64,000 nt of DNA, from the NCBI GenBank assembly GCA_963764715.1, contig CAVXTP010000022.1, positions 640,001 to 704,000 of the forward strand, written 5' to 3'. Under the pieces are notes generated by a model. That model searched no databases and was not told the origin of the DNA. It saw nothing but the letters and a program-made list of their open reading frames with translations. This document shows, piece by piece, positions 27,375-39,669 of this stretch (the first letter of the stretch is position 1; each line of letters begins with the position of its first letter). A program made the position numbers and the translations under genes. Origin of the DNA: an uncultured Acidobacteriota bacterium (GTDB lineage Bacteria; Acidobacteriota; Thermoanaerobaculia; UBA5066; Gp7-AA6).

Positions 27375-28337
27375 TCAGAGCGACTGGATGCGGACGGACC
27401 CGCCGCTCGTATGGAGGCGCAGCATGTTCCCGCCCTTGCCGAGCGTGCCCGAGAGGCTGCCCCGCGAGATCTCGCCGCGCACGGCGAGCGGCAGGTCGGT
27501 CCGGACGGCGTTGCCGGAGGCTTCGATGGCGAGATCCGCGCCCGGATCGAGCGAGACCTCGATGCCGCCGCCCGAGGTCGAGAGCGTTCCGCCGTGCGAG
27601 TTGCCGCGCACGAAAGTCGCTTCGATGCCGCCGCCCGACGTGTCGGCCACGACCCGGCCCCCCGCCTCGAGGATCCGGATGCCGCCGCCCGAGGTGTCCG
27701 CGTCGATGTCGCCCGAGACGCGCTCGAGCTCGATCGAGCCGCCGGAGCTCTCGGCCTTCACCGAGCCCGTGACCCCGGTGGCCTCGACGCCGCCCCCGGA
27801 CGTATCCGCCCGGACGTTGCCCTGGATGTTCTTGAGCGTGATGCCGCCCCCCGAGGTGTCCGCGTCGACGTCGCCCTGAACGTCCGTGACGCTGATTCCT
27901 CCCCCGGAGGTGTCCGTCTTGACCTCGCCATGGATGCCCGAGACGGTGATCCCGCCCCCCGACGTGTCGACCCACACCCGGGTCTCGGTCGGGACGCGGA
28001 CCTCGTACTGGACGTTCGTGTTCGAGCTCGAGAACCAGTCGAACTTGTGGCGCTTGCGCGCCGTGATCGAGACGCCGCCCGGGTTCTCGTCGAAGCGGAA
28101 GGTCATGAGCTCGTCGAGGTCCTTCCGGCGGGAGGTGATGACGACATGGGCGTCGGCGTCGGGCGATCCCACGAGCGTCACCTTGCCCATGTCGGTGTCC
28201 AGCCGGAACTCGCCGCCGGGCGCGAGCTTGAGGGTCTTCTCGATCCGCATTTCGGCGACGGAGACGGCCGGCAGCGCGGCCAGGCCCAGGACGGCGAAAC
28301 TCAGCGCAAGGCGGGCGGTCTTCGGGTACGGCCTCAC
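27375..28337 (-). CDS. Exported DUF4097/adhesin-like beta-repeat protein
   Basis: Signal peptide; about seven ~19-aa repeats with (D/S)TSGGGI core. Confidence 0.85.
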   Translation of the reverse strand: MRPYPKTARLALSFAVLGLAALPAVSVAEMRIEKTLKLAPGGEFRLDTDMGKVTLVGSPDADAHVVITSRRKDLDELMTFRFDENPGGVSITARKRHKFDWFSSSNTNVQYEVRVPTETRVWVDTSGGGITVSGIHGEVKTDTSGGGISVTDVQGDVDADTSGGGITLKNIQGNVRADTSGGGVEATGVTGSVKAESSGGSIELERVSGDIDADTSGGGIRILEAGGRVVADTSGGGIEATFVRGNSHGGTLSTSGGGIEVSLDPGADLAIEASGNAVRTDLPLAVRGEISRGSLSGTLGKGGNMLRLHTSGGSVRIQSL

Positions 28338-28381
28338 GGATACCTCCTCGTCAGGCCCGACGAGGGCCCTTCACCAACCGG

Positions 28382-28407
28382 ATACGCAGGCCGCGCCGCG
28401 AGGTTCC
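28382..28407 (-). promoter_or_regulatory. ECF-type promoter GGAAC-N16-CGTAT
   Basis: Upstream of DUF4097 gene; same spacing and CCTGCGTAT as the site at 43194-43218. Confidence 0.55.
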
Positions 28408-28418
28408 CGGGTATCGGA

Positions 28419-28982
28419 TCAGTCCGAGGCTCGTGCGAACCGGCCGATCCAGGCTTCCAGGGCCGCCAGGAACCGGCCGAGGTGGCGGCGGGTCGCCTCG
28501 TCCGTCAGCCGGCCGGCGGCGTCGAACCGCTCCCCGGCGCGGGCGACGAGGACTTCGGGCTTGCCCATGACGTAGGCGTCGGACGCGAGCGACATCCGCA
28601 GGGCGACCTGGGCGCGGATCGTCCCGCCCATGCCCGGCGTCGCCCCCATGATGCCGATCGGCCTGTCGGCGAAGGCCGCCGAGCCGGCCGGGCGCGAGGC
28701 CCAGTCGATGGCGTTCTTGAGGACGCCGGGAACGCCGTGGTTGTACTCGGGAGTCGCGATCAGGATCCCGTCCGCCTCGCGCATCGAGGCCTTCAGGGCC
28801 AGGACCGGGTCGGGCACCCCGGCCGCCTCCGCGTCGGCGTCGTAGGGCGGGATCTCCCCGAGGCGCTCGAAGGGACGGATCTCGAGCCCGGCGGGCGCGA
28901 GCTCGATGGCGGCCCCGAGGAGTCCCCGGTTGTACGAGCCCGCGCGGAGGCTTCCGGCGATTCCGAGGACCCGGAACGCCAT
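28419..28982 (-). CDS. NAD(P)H-dependent FMN reductase (ChrR/SsuE-like)
   Basis: [15 protein letters not shown]...[13 protein letters not shown]. Confidence 0.92.
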   Translation of the reverse strand: MAFRVLGIAGSLRAGSYNRGLLGAAIELAPAGLEIRPFERLGEIPPYDADAEAAGVPDPVLALKASMREADGILIATPEYNHGVPGVLKNAIDWASRPAGSAAFADRPIGIMGATPGMGGTIRAQVALRMSLASDAYVMGKPEVLVARAGERFDAAGRLTDEATRRHLGRFLAALEAWIGRFARASD

Positions 28983-28989
28983 CGGCCGG

Positions 28990-30105
<1,116 letters not shown>

Positions 30106-30148
30106 TCGCGCTCCCTCTGCAATCCGAGACTCCGTCGCGTTTCGCTGC

Positions 30149-30237
30149 GGGCGGCCGCAAGGGCCGCCCCTACACCCCGGAGCCCCAAACGATCGAAATT
30201 GGGGGCCCGGTCGTAGGGGCGGGGCTTGTCCCCGCCC
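30149..30237. repeat. REP doublet (GTAG family), GTAG ends facing inward
   Basis: GGGCGGCCGCAAGGGCCGCCCCTAC (30149-30173) and GTAGGGGCGGGGCTTGTCCCCGCCC (30213-30237). Confidence 0.85.
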
Positions 30238-30249
30238 TCCTCGAATCTC

Positions 30250-31749
30250 TCAGTGCGTGTCGATCTGCGCCTTCTGGAGCTTGCCCGAGAAATCCACGTA
30301 AATCGACTTCCACTCGGTGAAGACGTCGAGACCGGCGATGCCGGCCTCGCGGTGCCCGTTGCCCGTGTCCTTGATGCCGCCGAACGGCAGGTGCACCTCG
30401 GCGCCGATCGTCGAGGAGTTGACGTAGAAGATGCCGGTCTCGAAGTCGCGCATCGCCGTGAACGCCTTGTTGACGTCCTGGGTGTAGATCGAGCCCGAGA
30501 GCCCGTACGCCACGGAGTTGGCGACGCGGATGCCCTCCTCCAACGACCCGATCGGCACGACCGTCGTCACCGGCCCGAAGATCTCCTCGACCGCCACGCG
30601 CATCGTCGCGTCGGCGTCGGCGAAGACCGTCGGCGCGTGGAACCAGCCCTTCGCCAGGTCCCCCGTCGCGAGCTTCTCGCCGCCCGTCGCGAGCTTCGCG
30701 CCCTCGGCCTTCCCGATCTCGACGTACTTCGCGACCGTCTCGCGCTGCTTCTCCGAGACGCAGGGGCCCATGTCGATCATTTCGTCGAGGCCGTTGCCGA
30801 CCCGGAGCTTCTGGACGCGCCCGACGAGCTTGTCGAGGAACTCCTTGTACACGCCGCGCTGGACCAGCAGCCGCGAGGACGCCGTGCAGCGCTGGCCCGT
30901 CGTGCCGAAGGCCCCCCAGACGGCGCCGTCGACCGCGAGGTCCACGTCGGCGTCGTCCATGACCAGGATCGCGTTCTTTCCGCCCATCTCCAGGTGCAGC
31001 CGCTTGAAGGTCGGCGCGCAGGCCTGCGAGATCCGCCGGCCGACCTCGGTCGAGCCGGTGTACGAGACGACCTTGACGTCCGGGTGCTGGACGAGCGGAT
31101 CGCCGACCTCTCCGCCCGAGCCCATGACGACATTGAAGACGCCGGGCGGAAGCCCCGCCTCCTCGAAGACGCGCGCGAGCGCCACGACCGAGGCCGGGGT
31201 GTCGGTCGCCGGCTTGATGACGATGGTGTTGCCGGCGATCAGCGCCGCCATGGACTTCCACGCCGGGATCGCCATCGGGAAGTTCCACGGGGTCACGAAC
31301 GCGCAGACGCCGACCGGTTGCCGGATGCACATCGCGAACTTGTTCGAGAGCTCCGAGGGAGTCGTGAAGCCGAAGAGCCGCCGGCCTTCGCCCGCGGCGA
31401 GGAACGCCATGTCGATCGCTTCCTGGACGTCACCCCGCGTCTCGGCGAGGACCTTGCCCATCTCGCGCGTCATGAGGCGCGCCAGCTTCTCCTTGTCCCG
31501 CTTCAGGATCTCGCCCGCGGCATAGAGGACCTCGGCGCGCCGCGGCGCCGGGGTGTTCTTCCAGCCCGGGAACGCCTTCTTCGCGGCCGCGACGGCGGCA
31601 TCCACGTCCGCCTTGCCGCTCTTCGGATAAAGACCGATCAGGTCGTTCTTGTCGGCGGGGTTCCGGTTCTCGAAGGTCTGCCCCGAGGAGGCCGGCACCC
31701 ACTTTCCGCCGATCAGGTTGTGTGTCTCGACTGCGATCTCCGTGGCCAT
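30250..31749 (-). CDS. NAD(P)-dependent aldehyde dehydrogenase
   Basis: [44 protein letters not shown]. Confidence 0.96.
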   Translation of the reverse strand: MATEIAVETHNLIGGKWVPASSGQTFENRNPADKNDLIGLYPKSGKADVDAAVAAAKKAFPGWKNTPAPRRAEVLYAAGEILKRDKEKLARLMTREMGKVLAETRGDVQEAIDMAFLAAGEGRRLFGFTTPSELSNKFAMCIRQPVGVCAFVTPWNFPMAIPAWKSMAALIAGNTIVIKPATDTPASVVALARVFEEAGLPPGVFNVVMGSGGEVGDPLVQHPDVKVVSYTGSTEVGRRISQACAPTFKRLHLEMGGKNAILVMDDADVDLAVDGAVWGAFGTTGQRCTASSRLLVQRGVYKEFLDKLVGRVQKLRVGNGLDEMIDMGPCVSEKQRETVAKYVEIGKAEGAKLATGGEKLATGDLAKGWFHAPTVFADADATMRVAVEEIFGPVTTVVPIGSLEEGIRVANSVAYGLSGSIYTQDVNKAFTAMRDFETGIFYVNSSTIGAEVHLPFGGIKDTGNGHREAGIAGLDVFTEWKSIYVDFSGKLQKAQIDTH

Positions 31750-31789
31750 CTCGTTACTCCTCCGCTGTATTGGTTTTCCCGGCGCCGTT

Positions 31790-32203
31790 CTAGCCGCCGC
31801 CCGGCGTGGCCATGGCCACCTTTCCCTGAAGCTGAGCTCCCTCCGCGATCACGATCTTGGGAGCATGGACGTTTCCCTGCACGTCGGCCGACGCGAGCAG
31901 CTCCGCCCGCTCGTCGGCCCGGATCTCGCCGATCACCCGGCCGGCCACGACGACCGCGCGGCCGTGGAGGTTCCCCTGAACATCTCCGGAGGTCGCGACG
32001 GTCACCTTCCGGCCGACGGTGACGTTTCCCTCGAGCCGGCCCTGGATGACGACGTCCTCGTCCCCGGACACCTCGCCCTTGAACCGGGCCCCGGGGCCGA
32101 TTACGGTCGGCGTGGCCTGGCCGCTGCCCGTCGGGACCGACACCGCGGATCGATCGGCCGCCGAAACCTGTCCCGCCGCGTCCGTTTTGGAGAAGATCGC
32201 CAA
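31790..32203 (-). CDS. Bactofilin (polymer-forming cytoskeletal protein)
   Basis: TVIGPG..FKGE......VIQG.LEGNV...V.V...G.V.G.....V.V.G.V.G.I...G repeats; TTG start after GGAGGG. Confidence 0.9.
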   Translation of the reverse strand: MAIFSKTDAAGQVSAADRSAVSVPTGSGQATPTVIGPGARFKGEVSGDEDVVIQGRLEGNVTVGRKVTVATSGDVQGNLHGRAVVVAGRVIGEIRADERAELLASADVQGNVHAPKIVIAEGAQLQGKVAMATPGGG

Positions 32204-32278
32204 CCGCCCTCCGAAAGGCCGGCTAGTCTAACAAAGGACCGTCCCCGGCCCGACGGAGGCTCCCGTGGTGCAAATTCC

Positions 32279-35275
32279 TCAGGGCAAAGAGAAGGTCCTG
32301 ACCAGAAACGCCGCCATCTGAGCGCGGGTGACGCTGGCCGAGGGACAGAAGACGAGCACCGTCGGCGAGCAGCCGGCCGTGATGCCGCGCGTGTACAGAT
32401 CCTCGATCCAGCCGGCCGCGAAGGAGCCGACCGACACGTCGCCGAAGACACCGACGGCGGCGGGAGGGACGTAGGCCGAGCCGAGCAGGGTCTTGAGCAG
32501 GAACACGGCCATCTGCGCGCGCGTCGCGAAGCCTTCGGGACAGAAGCGTCCGCCGCCGCATCCCGCCGTGATGCCGCGCGCGGCGAGGTCTTCGATCCAG
32601 GCCGCCGCGAAGTAGCCGGCGGGGACGTCGGAGAAAGCCGTGCCCGTTTCGCGCGGCGGAAAGTAGTGGCGGCCGAGGAGCGACTTGAGCAGGAACACCG
32701 CCATCTGCGAGCGCGTCGTGTACCCATCCCGGCAATAGTTGCCGGCGCCGCAGCCGGCCGTCACGCCGTCGCGGAGGATCTTCTCGACGGCGGAATGGTA
32801 GATGTCCGACTGCGCGACGTCGGAGAAGTCCGCCAGGAACGCGCCGCCGAGCGTCCCTTCCGTCTGATCCGGGTTGACGACGGAGAGGTGGTAGAGAATC
32901 CCGGGCTCGAGCGCCGGCGTCGTGGCGTCGATCTCGGCAGCGCTCGGCACGGCGACGTCGACGGCCGGCGAAAAGCCCAGCCGCACCACCGCGCCGTCGG
33001 CGAAGCCCGCGCCGGCGATCGTCACAGCGCTGCCGCCCGAAGCGGGACCCGAAGAGGGCGACACGGAGGTCACCGGCACGATCTTCGAGGTGTCGATGCG
33101 GAAGACCGTGCCGCCGAAGTAACCGCCGCCGCGCGCCGTCGTGCCGTAGAGCAGGCCGTTCGACGCTTCGAGCAGCTCGGATCGCGGCGAGCTGCCGTCG
33201 CGGCTGCCCGGCTGCTCGCCGGTGAACGAGTGGATCAGCGTCTGCGCTCCGCCGGCATCGAGACGGTAGACGGTGCCCCGTCCGAACGTGCCGCCGCGCT
33301 CCGTCGTGCCGTAGAGAAAGCCGTCCGAGCCGCGCATCAGGTGCCCGTTGCAGAACTCGCCGTCGCCCGCCTCACCGAGGGAAAAGGCGTAGAGCGATTG
33401 GAAACCTCCGGCCGGGTGTACCCGAAAAACAGTCCCCGCGGCGCTTCCGAGCCCTCCGGACGGGCCGCCGTAGAGCGTCGTGCCGTACAGATAGCCGTCC
33501 GCGTCGGCGAGCAGCCCCCCGTTTGGCGTGAACCCGTCGAGGCCGCTGAAGTCGTGCACGGTGGAGACGTCTCCGGCGAGGGAGACCCGGAAGATCGCGC
33601 CGTAGCCGTAAGCGCCGCCGTGAACAACCGCCCCGTACAGGGCCCCGTCGCTGCCTTCCGCCAGCCCGTTCTCGGGTAACCCGATGCTTTCGACGGAGGC
33701 GACGGGCTCGGCGGCGCCGAGCGCGTCGAGCCGCAACACCTGGTAGCTCGAGACCCCGTAGAGGTTCCCGTCCGACGCGCGGAAGATCTCGGCGGGCGCC
33801 GTGAACGGATCCGGGCCGAAGTCGTGGATCAGGGAATAGATCCCCGCGCCGTCGAGCGAATAGAGCGTTCCGAATCCGTGCGGGCCGCCCCCGGGGGCGG
33901 ACCCGACGAAGAGGGCCGGCGACAATTCAAGAGGCGTGTGGAGCACGAAGCCCTCGAGGGTCGGGAATGTGTGGAAGATCTCGTATGCACCGTCGAGATC
34001 CATTCGAAAGACCCTTCCCCCTTCGGGCATGACTCCCGGAGTCGCGCCGTAGATCTTCCCGTCCGACGCCTCGATCAGGCCCGACCAGGGGCCTTCTCCG
34101 TCGACCGGGGCGAACTCCCGCACGAGCGACGGGACCCCGGCGGCATCGAAACGGAACAGCGTCCCCTTGTCGTACGCGCCGCCACCGCGCGCCGAGCCGA
34201 AGAATCCGTCGGCCGTTTCGGCGAGCCCGTCGTAGTACGGCACACCCAGGGAGCGATCGGACGGCAGGTAGCCTAGGAGCTCGAAGTTCCCGGACGTGTC
34301 GATTCGAAAGAAAGAGCCCGTGAGGGCGGGCCCATAAAGGGCCGTCATTCCATAAAACTTGTCGTCGCTGCCGCGCAGGAGGCCGCCCTGAGGCAATGAA
34401 CCCTCCTCCTGGACGAAGGCATGGATGATCGCGAAATTTCCGCTCGAATCGATGCGGAAGACGGAGCCGAATCCAGTGGCGCCGGTTCTCAACGTTCCAT
34501 AGAACTTTCCGTCAGCGCCCTCGACCAGCGGCCCCGAGGCCACCCCTTCGGCAACGCTGAACTGGTGGAGCACCGTGTATCCGGTTCCGTCGGTCGCGAT
34601 TCGAAAGACGGCGCTGACGTCCTCGAAGGGCACGAACGATACGCGGAGGACGCCATAGAGGTTCCCGTCGGGGCCCTGGATCAACCGCGACGGAGACCCC
34701 TCGAACAACTCGAAGTCCTTCAGCCGGGTGATGCTCCCGTCGGGGGTCATGCGAAAGACCACGCCCCCGCCGTGCACGGACCCCCCGTACGACGACCCGT
34801 AGAAATTCCCGTCGTCCGCCAGCATGAGCTCGCCCCCGCCGAACCGGTCGGCGTCGCCGAGCTCGTGGATGAATTCGAGGTTCCCCGCGTCGTCGACGCG
34901 GAACACCGTGCCGTTGCCGGCGCTCCCGCCGCCCGTCGTCAGTCCGTAGTACAGGCCGTCGTCGCCAAGAGCCAGGCGCCCCGAGGGGAACCATCCGACG
35001 GTGTCCAGACTGAACGAGTAGATCGTCTGGTAATCGAAGCCGCCGATTCCGTCGGGCGTCACCAGGAAGACGTTGCCGACGTGAAAATCCCCTTCGTAGA
35101 AGGCCGTACCGATCAGGCGCCCGTCCCCCAGAGGCAGCAGCGCGGATGCGCCGCCCGCGGCGCCGTTGAACTCGTGAACGACCGAGCAGGTCTGCGCGTT
35201 GCCCGTCGAGAAAGACGCCATGAGGAGCAGCGCCGCTGCCCCGATTCTGAGCGGCCTGATCAGGGAACGAACCAT
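32279..35275 (-). CDS. Secreted tandem beta-repeat protein (choice-of-anchor 'DG.LYGTT..GG...GTVFR' type) + IPT/TIG + Cys-containing SLH-like domains
   Basis: Signal peptide; many ~50-aa repeats; VSPSSGPASGGSAVTIAG IPT; F.DV...ITAGCG...FCP...TRAQMAVFL x3. Confidence 0.85.
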   Translation of the reverse strand: MVRSLIRPLRIGAAALLLMASFSTGNAQTCSVVHEFNGAAGGASALLPLGDGRLIGTAFYEGDFHVGNVFLVTPDGIGGFDYQTIYSFSLDTVGWFPSGRLALGDDGLYYGLTTGGGSAGNGTVFRVDDAGNLEFIHELGDADRFGGGELMLADDGNFYGSSYGGSVHGGGVVFRMTPDGSITRLKDFELFEGSPSRLIQGPDGNLYGVLRVSFVPFEDVSAVFRIATDGTGYTVLHQFSVAEGVASGPLVEGADGKFYGTLRTGATGFGSVFRIDSSGNFAIIHAFVQEEGSLPQGGLLRGSDDKFYGMTALYGPALTGSFFRIDTSGNFELLGYLPSDRSLGVPYYDGLAETADGFFGSARGGGAYDKGTLFRFDAAGVPSLVREFAPVDGEGPWSGLIEASDGKIYGATPGVMPEGGRVFRMDLDGAYEIFHTFPTLEGFVLHTPLELSPALFVGSAPGGGPHGFGTLYSLDGAGIYSLIHDFGPDPFTAPAEIFRASDGNLYGVSSYQVLRLDALGAAEPVASVESIGLPENGLAEGSDGALYGAVVHGGAYGYGAIFRVSLAGDVSTVHDFSGLDGFTPNGGLLADADGYLYGTTLYGGPSGGLGSAAGTVFRVHPAGGFQSLYAFSLGEAGDGEFCNGHLMRGSDGFLYGTTERGGTFGRGTVYRLDAGGAQTLIHSFTGEQPGSRDGSSPRSELLEASNGLLYGTTARGGGYFGGTVFRIDTSKIVPVTSVSPSSGPASGGSAVTIAGAGFADGAVVRLGFSPAVDVAVPSAAEIDATTPALEPGILYHLSVVNPDQTEGTLGGAFLADFSDVAQSDIYHSAVEKILRDGVTAGCGAGNYCRDGYTTRSQMAVFLLKSLLGRHYFPPRETGTAFSDVPAGYFAAAWIEDLAARGITAGCGGGRFCPEGFATRAQMAVFLLKTLLGSAYVPPAAVGVFGDVSVGSFAAGWIEDLYTRGITAGCSPTVLVFCPSASVTRAQMAAFLVRTFSLP

Positions 35276-35361
35276 GCCCCACCTCCCCGGACGGCCGTGG
35301 CGGTCGATGCGCGATCATCCTCCAGTTGCCGCCCAGGCGCCAACGCCCGGCGGGCCCAGGC

Positions 35362-35709
35362 TCAGGCGATCGGGCGGAGCGGCGGCGGCGGGACCGGGGC
35401 CTGCGAGCGCACCAGGGCAGCCCGCCGGTCGGCGAGCTCGAGGAGCTCTTCGAGCTTTTCGAGCATCTCGAAGACGAACGCGGGGCCTTCGACGGTCGGG
35501 CAGTTGAAGGCGATCGTGCGTGTCGGGCGGTCGAGCTGGAACCGACGGTGCGGCCGCGATTCCTCCTGCACGGAGTAATACGCGTCCGCCCAGTGCTCGT
35601 CCGCCCGGCCTCGGACTGCGATCGTGTACCGGATGTCGCTGCCGGAGTCCTGTCCCCGCAGCGAAGCAGGATCGAGCCGGGCCGGACTGGACGAGCTGGA
35701 GTCTGCCAT
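35362..35709 (-). CDS. Small hypothetical protein
   Basis: Open frame with protein-like composition (IRYTIAV...WADAYYSVQE...FEMLEKLEELLE). Confidence 0.55.
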   Translation of the reverse strand: MADSSSSSPARLDPASLRGQDSGSDIRYTIAVRGRADEHWADAYYSVQEESRPHRRFQLDRPTRTIAFNCPTVEGPAFVFEMLEKLEELLELADRRAALVRSQAPVPPPPLRPIA

Positions 35710-35886
35710 CTTCCCCATCCTTCGGCCCGCTATAAGCGCAAGTCGGAGGCCAGATGGACAAGCCGCCAAAGCTCAGAGAGTTACGGTCTCAGGCTCGCCC
35801 GAAGCAGTCGCAAATTCGTTACCAAAGGTAACGCTGGCCCTGTCCTCTCGTACAGCTGGACGACTGGCCCCAAGGATCCGACTGGC

Positions 35887-37860
35887 CTAGGGAGTCGTCA
35901 CGACCGGCAGCTCGACGAAGCTCGCCTGCCCCGGCGCCGCCGAGTGATAGATCCGCTGGACCGCCGACTTGTAGTCCCCAGGCTTCGCCCAGAAGATGTT
36001 GGGAACGAAGGTCTGGGGATTTCGGTCGTAGAGCGGGAACCAGCTCGACTGGACCTGCACCATGATCCGGTGCCCCGGCAGGAACACGTGATTGGCCGTC
36101 GGCAGCGCGAACTTGTACAGCAAGGGCTTGCCCGCCTCGATCGGCTTCGCGGTCTCAAAGCTCTCGCGGTAGCGCCCGCGCAGGATGTCGGCGGCGACCA
36201 TGAGCTGGTAGCCCCCCATCGCCGGCTGGGCCGCGACCTCGTCCGGGTAGACGTCGATCAGCTTGACCACCCAGTCCGAGTCGGTCCCGCTCGTCGAGGC
36301 GACGAGGTTGGCGATCGGCTGTCCGCTGATCTTGACGGGCGCGGTCAGCTTGCCGGAAACGAAGACGGCGACGTCGGTGCGTCCCGACGCCTCGCGCTGG
36401 TCGTCGACCAGCCATTTGGCCCAGTCCGTGCTGCTCGTCGTCACGGGTCGGGCGCGGTAGGGCACGGGCTTCGCCGGATCGGAGACGTACTCGGCGAACT
36501 CGGTACCTCCGGCCGCCGGCGCCGAGAAGCCGACCTTGCCGCCGGCTCCGAGATAGAGCGGCGTGGGCTTGAGAGTGCAGCCACTCGCGCATCCCGACGG
36601 CCAGCCTGGAAGCTTTCGCCACTTGTTCGTTCCGGTCTCGAACGCGGTCACCGGCGCGATGTCGGCCCTCGGCGCGGCGTCCTTCAGGTACTGGGCAAGG
36701 AACGGGCGGAGGACCTCCTGCCGGAAAGTCAGCGCCGTGTCGCTCCCGAACTTGAGCGCTCCCAGAGTCGAGCCGTCCCAGATCGCCTGTCCGTGGTGCC
36801 AGGGACCGAGCGCCAGGAAAACCTTGTCGTTGCCGGTGTCCTTCGGCTTGATCGCCTTGTAAACGGCGATCGCCCCGTAGATGTCCTCCTGGTCCCAGAG
36901 GCTGTCGACCAGGAGCACTGGCACCTGGAGGGGCTCCGCCGCGAGAAGCTTGTCGACGGCCTGGTCCCGCCAGAAGGCGTCGTAGCTCGGGTGCTCCAGG
37001 ATCTTGCGCCAGAAGCCGACCTGCTCGAGGCCGTGCAGCTTGCCGAGGTCGCCCGCCGATCCGGCGGCGAGGAACATGTCGTAGTCGTCGTAGTGGCCCC
37101 GCCAGTACTTTTCGTCGTTCTTCCGCGTCGCTTCCTGCTCGAAGATGTACGGCATCCCCTGCTGGCGAAACGCGCCGTAATGGAACCAGTCGTCGCCCAT
37201 CCAGCCGTCGACCATGGGGTTCATCGGCACGGAGCACTTCAGTGCGGGGTGCGGCTTGACGAGGGCCATGAGCGGCGTGAAGCCGTCGTAGGAGATGCCG
37301 ATGATGCCGACCTTGCCGTTGGACTCGGGAACGTTCTTCACGAGCCAGTCGATCGTGTCGTAGGTGTCCGTCGCGTGATCGACGAGCGTCGGGTTCTGGG
37401 GACCGCGGAGCGGCCGGTTCATCACGTAATCGCCTTCGGAACCGTACTTCCCGCGAACGTCCTGGATGACGCGGATGTAGCCGTCCTCGACGATGACGTC
37501 CGTCGCGTTGTCGTAGCCGTAGATCGCCGGCCCCAGGTGCGTGCTGTGGAGGTTGGTCGTCAGCGCGTCCGCGTTGTACGGGGTCCGGGTCAGGAGGATC
37601 GGCGCTCCCTTGGCCCCGTTGGGGACGAGGATGACGGTGTGTAGCTTGACGCCGTCGCGCATCGGGATCTCGGCGATCCGGCGCGCGTAGTCGAAGCCCG
37701 CCGCCGCCGGCTGAAGCGTGGCCGGCGTCTCGCTCGGAAAGTTGGGATACGTCGCCGGCGTCTTGGGCTTCGCCTGGGCCCCGGCGCCCCGCGGCAGGAG
37801 GACGGCGGCCAGCGCCGCCGCGAACAGAATCCGCACACCGATCCGATCGATTCGCTTCAT
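35887..37860 (-). CDS. CocE/NonD family hydrolase (alpha-amino acid ester hydrolase-like), exported
   Basis: [32 protein letters not shown] nucleophile, [15 protein letters not shown]; start ATG 37860 after GGAGG. Confidence 0.93.
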   Translation of the reverse strand: MKRIDRIGVRILFAAALAAVLLPRGAGAQAKPKTPATYPNFPSETPATLQPAAAGFDYARRIAEIPMRDGVKLHTVILVPNGAKGAPILLTRTPYNADALTTNLHSTHLGPAIYGYDNATDVIVEDGYIRVIQDVRGKYGSEGDYVMNRPLRGPQNPTLVDHATDTYDTIDWLVKNVPESNGKVGIIGISYDGFTPLMALVKPHPALKCSVPMNPMVDGWMGDDWFHYGAFRQQGMPYIFEQEATRKNDEKYWRGHYDDYDMFLAAGSAGDLGKLHGLEQVGFWRKILEHPSYDAFWRDQAVDKLLAAEPLQVPVLLVDSLWDQEDIYGAIAVYKAIKPKDTGNDKVFLALGPWHHGQAIWDGSTLGALKFGSDTALTFRQEVLRPFLAQYLKDAAPRADIAPVTAFETGTNKWRKLPGWPSGCASGCTLKPTPLYLGAGGKVGFSAPAAGGTEFAEYVSDPAKPVPYRARPVTTSSTDWAKWLVDDQREASGRTDVAVFVSGKLTAPVKISGQPIANLVASTSGTDSDWVVKLIDVYPDEVAAQPAMGGYQLMVAADILRGRYRESFETAKPIEAGKPLLYKFALPTANHVFLPGHRIMVQVQSSWFPLYDRNPQTFVPNIFWAKPGDYKSAVQRIYHSAAPGQASFVELPVVTTP

Positions 37861-37966
37861 CGGGATTGTCCTCCTGCGAGGTAAGAGGTCGCCGTGCGGC
37901 GAGAACTCTACACCGGGGCGACCGCCGGGACCGAAACCGATAGACTCGTCCTGGCATCGAAGACCA

Positions 37967-38959
37967 ATGGCCGACCTCGGAAAGTCACCGCCCGCCTCGG
38001 AAATCACACCGGAATCATTGGCAAGCGATCGGCGCCGGTTCCTGAAGAACTCGGCCCTCTTCGCGGCGACCGCGGCGGGAGTCGGCGGCGGTTTGGTCTG
38101 GCTGACGCACTCCGCCCGCGTGCGCCGCCCGGTTTCGGCCGCCGCTGCCGCTGGTGCGCCCACCACGGCGGTTCCCGCCAAGGTTCCGGGTCCCTACGAC
38201 ACGACGGAGCCGCGGACTCCGTTCGCCGACGTGACGACCTACAACAACTTCTACGAGTTCGGAAGCGGCAAGGACGATCCGGCGCGCGAGTCGGCGGGCT
38301 TCGTCGCGCGCCCGTGGACCGTCGCGATCGGCGGCGAGGTCCACCGCTCGCTGCAGCTCGATGCCGACGACCTCATGCGGCGATTCCCGCTCGAGGAGCG
38401 CGTCTACCGCATGCGCTGCGTCGAGGCGTGGTCCATGGTCATCCCCTGGCTCGGCTTTCCCCTCGCGGCGCTCCTGAAGCAGGTCGAGCCCACGTCGAAC
38501 GCGCGCTACGTCGCCTTCACCACACTCCTCGACCCGGCGCGGATGCCGGGCCAGCGCTCGCCCGTCCTCCACTGGCCCTACGTCGAGGGCCTGCGCCTCG
38601 ACGAGGCGATGCACCCGCTCACGCTTCTCGCCGTGGGCCTCTATGGCCGCGCATTGCCCAATCCCAACGGCGCGCCCGTCCGTCTCGTCGTTCCCTGGAA
38701 GTACGGATTCAAGGGCATCAAGTCGATCGTGAAGATCGAGCTGACCCGCGACCAGCCGCGGGCGACCTGGAACGAAGCGGCCCCGGACGAGTACGGCTTC
38801 TACGCCAACGTGAACCCGGCCGTCGACCATCCCCGGTGGAGCCAGGCCACCGAGCGCCGGATCGGGGACGTCGCCCGCCGGCCGACCCTCCCCTTCAACG
38901 GCTACGCGGAGCAGGTCGCGAGCCTCTACTCCGGGATGGACCTCCGGCGGAACTTCTAG
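37967..38959 (+). CDS. msrP: Protein-methionine-sulfoxide reductase catalytic subunit
   Basis: SEITPE, Tat motif [44 protein letters not shown]. Confidence 0.96.
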   Translation: MADLGKSPPASEITPESLASDRRRFLKNSALFAATAAGVGGGLVWLTHSARVRRPVSAAAAAGAPTTAVPAKVPGPYDTTEPRTPFADVTTYNNFYEFGSGKDDPARESAGFVARPWTVAIGGEVHRSLQLDADDLMRRFPLEERVYRMRCVEAWSMVIPWLGFPLAALLKQVEPTSNARYVAFTTLLDPARMPGQRSPVLHWPYVEGLRLDEAMHPLTLLAVGLYGRALPNPNGAPVRLVVPWKYGFKGIKSIVKIELTRDQPRATWNEAAPDEYGFYANVNPAVDHPRWSQATERRIGDVARRPTLPFNGYAEQVASLYSGMDLRRNF

Positions 38960-38960
38960 C

Positions 38961-39572
38961 TTGGCCGCACGCCGCCCCTGGCTGAAGCCCGCCGTCTTCG
39001 CCGGCGCCCTCGCGCCGCTCGCGGCGATCCTCTGGAACGCCGCGCACCGCAACCTCGGCGCCAACCCCATCGCCGAGGCGCTGAACGAGCTCGGCCTGAC
39101 GGCACTGGTCTTCCTGCTCGCCTCCCTGGCCTGCACTCCTCTGCGCGAGGTCCTCGGCTGGACCTGGGCGATCGCGCTGCGCCGGATGCTCGGCCTCTTC
39201 GCGTTCTTCTACGCGCTCCTCCATGCCTCGACCTACACGGTCCTCGATCAGGGGTTCGCCTGGCGGGCGATCCTGGCCGACGTGACGAAGCGGCCGTTCA
39301 TCATCGCCGGCTTTTCCGCGCTCGTCCTCCTCGTCCCGCTTGCCGCGACGTCGACGGCGGCCGCCGTACGGCGGCTCGGGTTCCCTCGCTGGAAACGGCT
39401 CCACCGCCTCGCCTACGCCGCGGGACTTCTCGCCGTCATCCACTTCTTCCTGCGCGTCAAGAAGGACATCCGCGAGCCCGCGGTGTACGGCGTCGTCCTC
39501 GGCGCGCTGCTTCTCGCACGGATCGTTCTCTATCTGAGAAAGCGCGCGGCGCGGGCCCCGGAGGCTGCCTAG
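38961..39572 (+). CDS. msrQ: Methionine sulfoxide reductase heme-binding membrane subunit
   Basis: LGANP, LACTP, RRMLGL, ALLH, LAATS, WKRLHRL.Y, IHF; directly after msrP. Confidence 0.94.
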   Translation: MAARRPWLKPAVFAGALAPLAAILWNAAHRNLGANPIAEALNELGLTALVFLLASLACTPLREVLGWTWAIALRRMLGLFAFFYALLHASTYTVLDQGFAWRAILADVTKRPFIIAGFSALVLLVPLAATSTAAAVRRLGFPRWKRLHRLAYAAGLLAVIHFFLRVKKDIREPAVYGVVLGALLLARIVLYLRKRAARAPEAA

Positions 39573-39585
39573 GGTGCTCTACGGT

Positions 39586-39637
39586 GTAGGGGCGGCCCTT
39601 GCGGCCGCCCTCGTGCGGGGACGAGCCCCGCCCCTGC
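39586..39637. repeat. REP doublet (GTAG family) between convergent genes
   Basis: GTAGGGGCGGCCCTTGCGGCCGCCC (39586-39610) and GCGGGGACGAGCCCCGCCCCTGC (39615-39637). Confidence 0.82.
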
Positions 39638-39669
39638 GCTTCCAGATCCTGGCGAGACTCAGGCGGACA

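Noticed and set aside
27560-27970. Regularly spaced ~57-bp nucleotide repeats resembling an array
   Set aside because: They are the coding DTSGGGI repeats of the DUF4097 protein, not CRISPR; there are no unique spacers or cas genes.
33100-35100. Recurring GCCGTAGAG/ACCGTGCC motifs
   Set aside because: Protein-level LYGTT/GTVFR repeats of the beta-repeat surface protein.
35760-35886. Possible riboswitch (GCAAA plus hairpin, c-di-GMP-like)
   Set aside because: The second stem and conserved spacing are not recognisable and the orientation does not fit the downstream gene; kept only as a palindrome observation.
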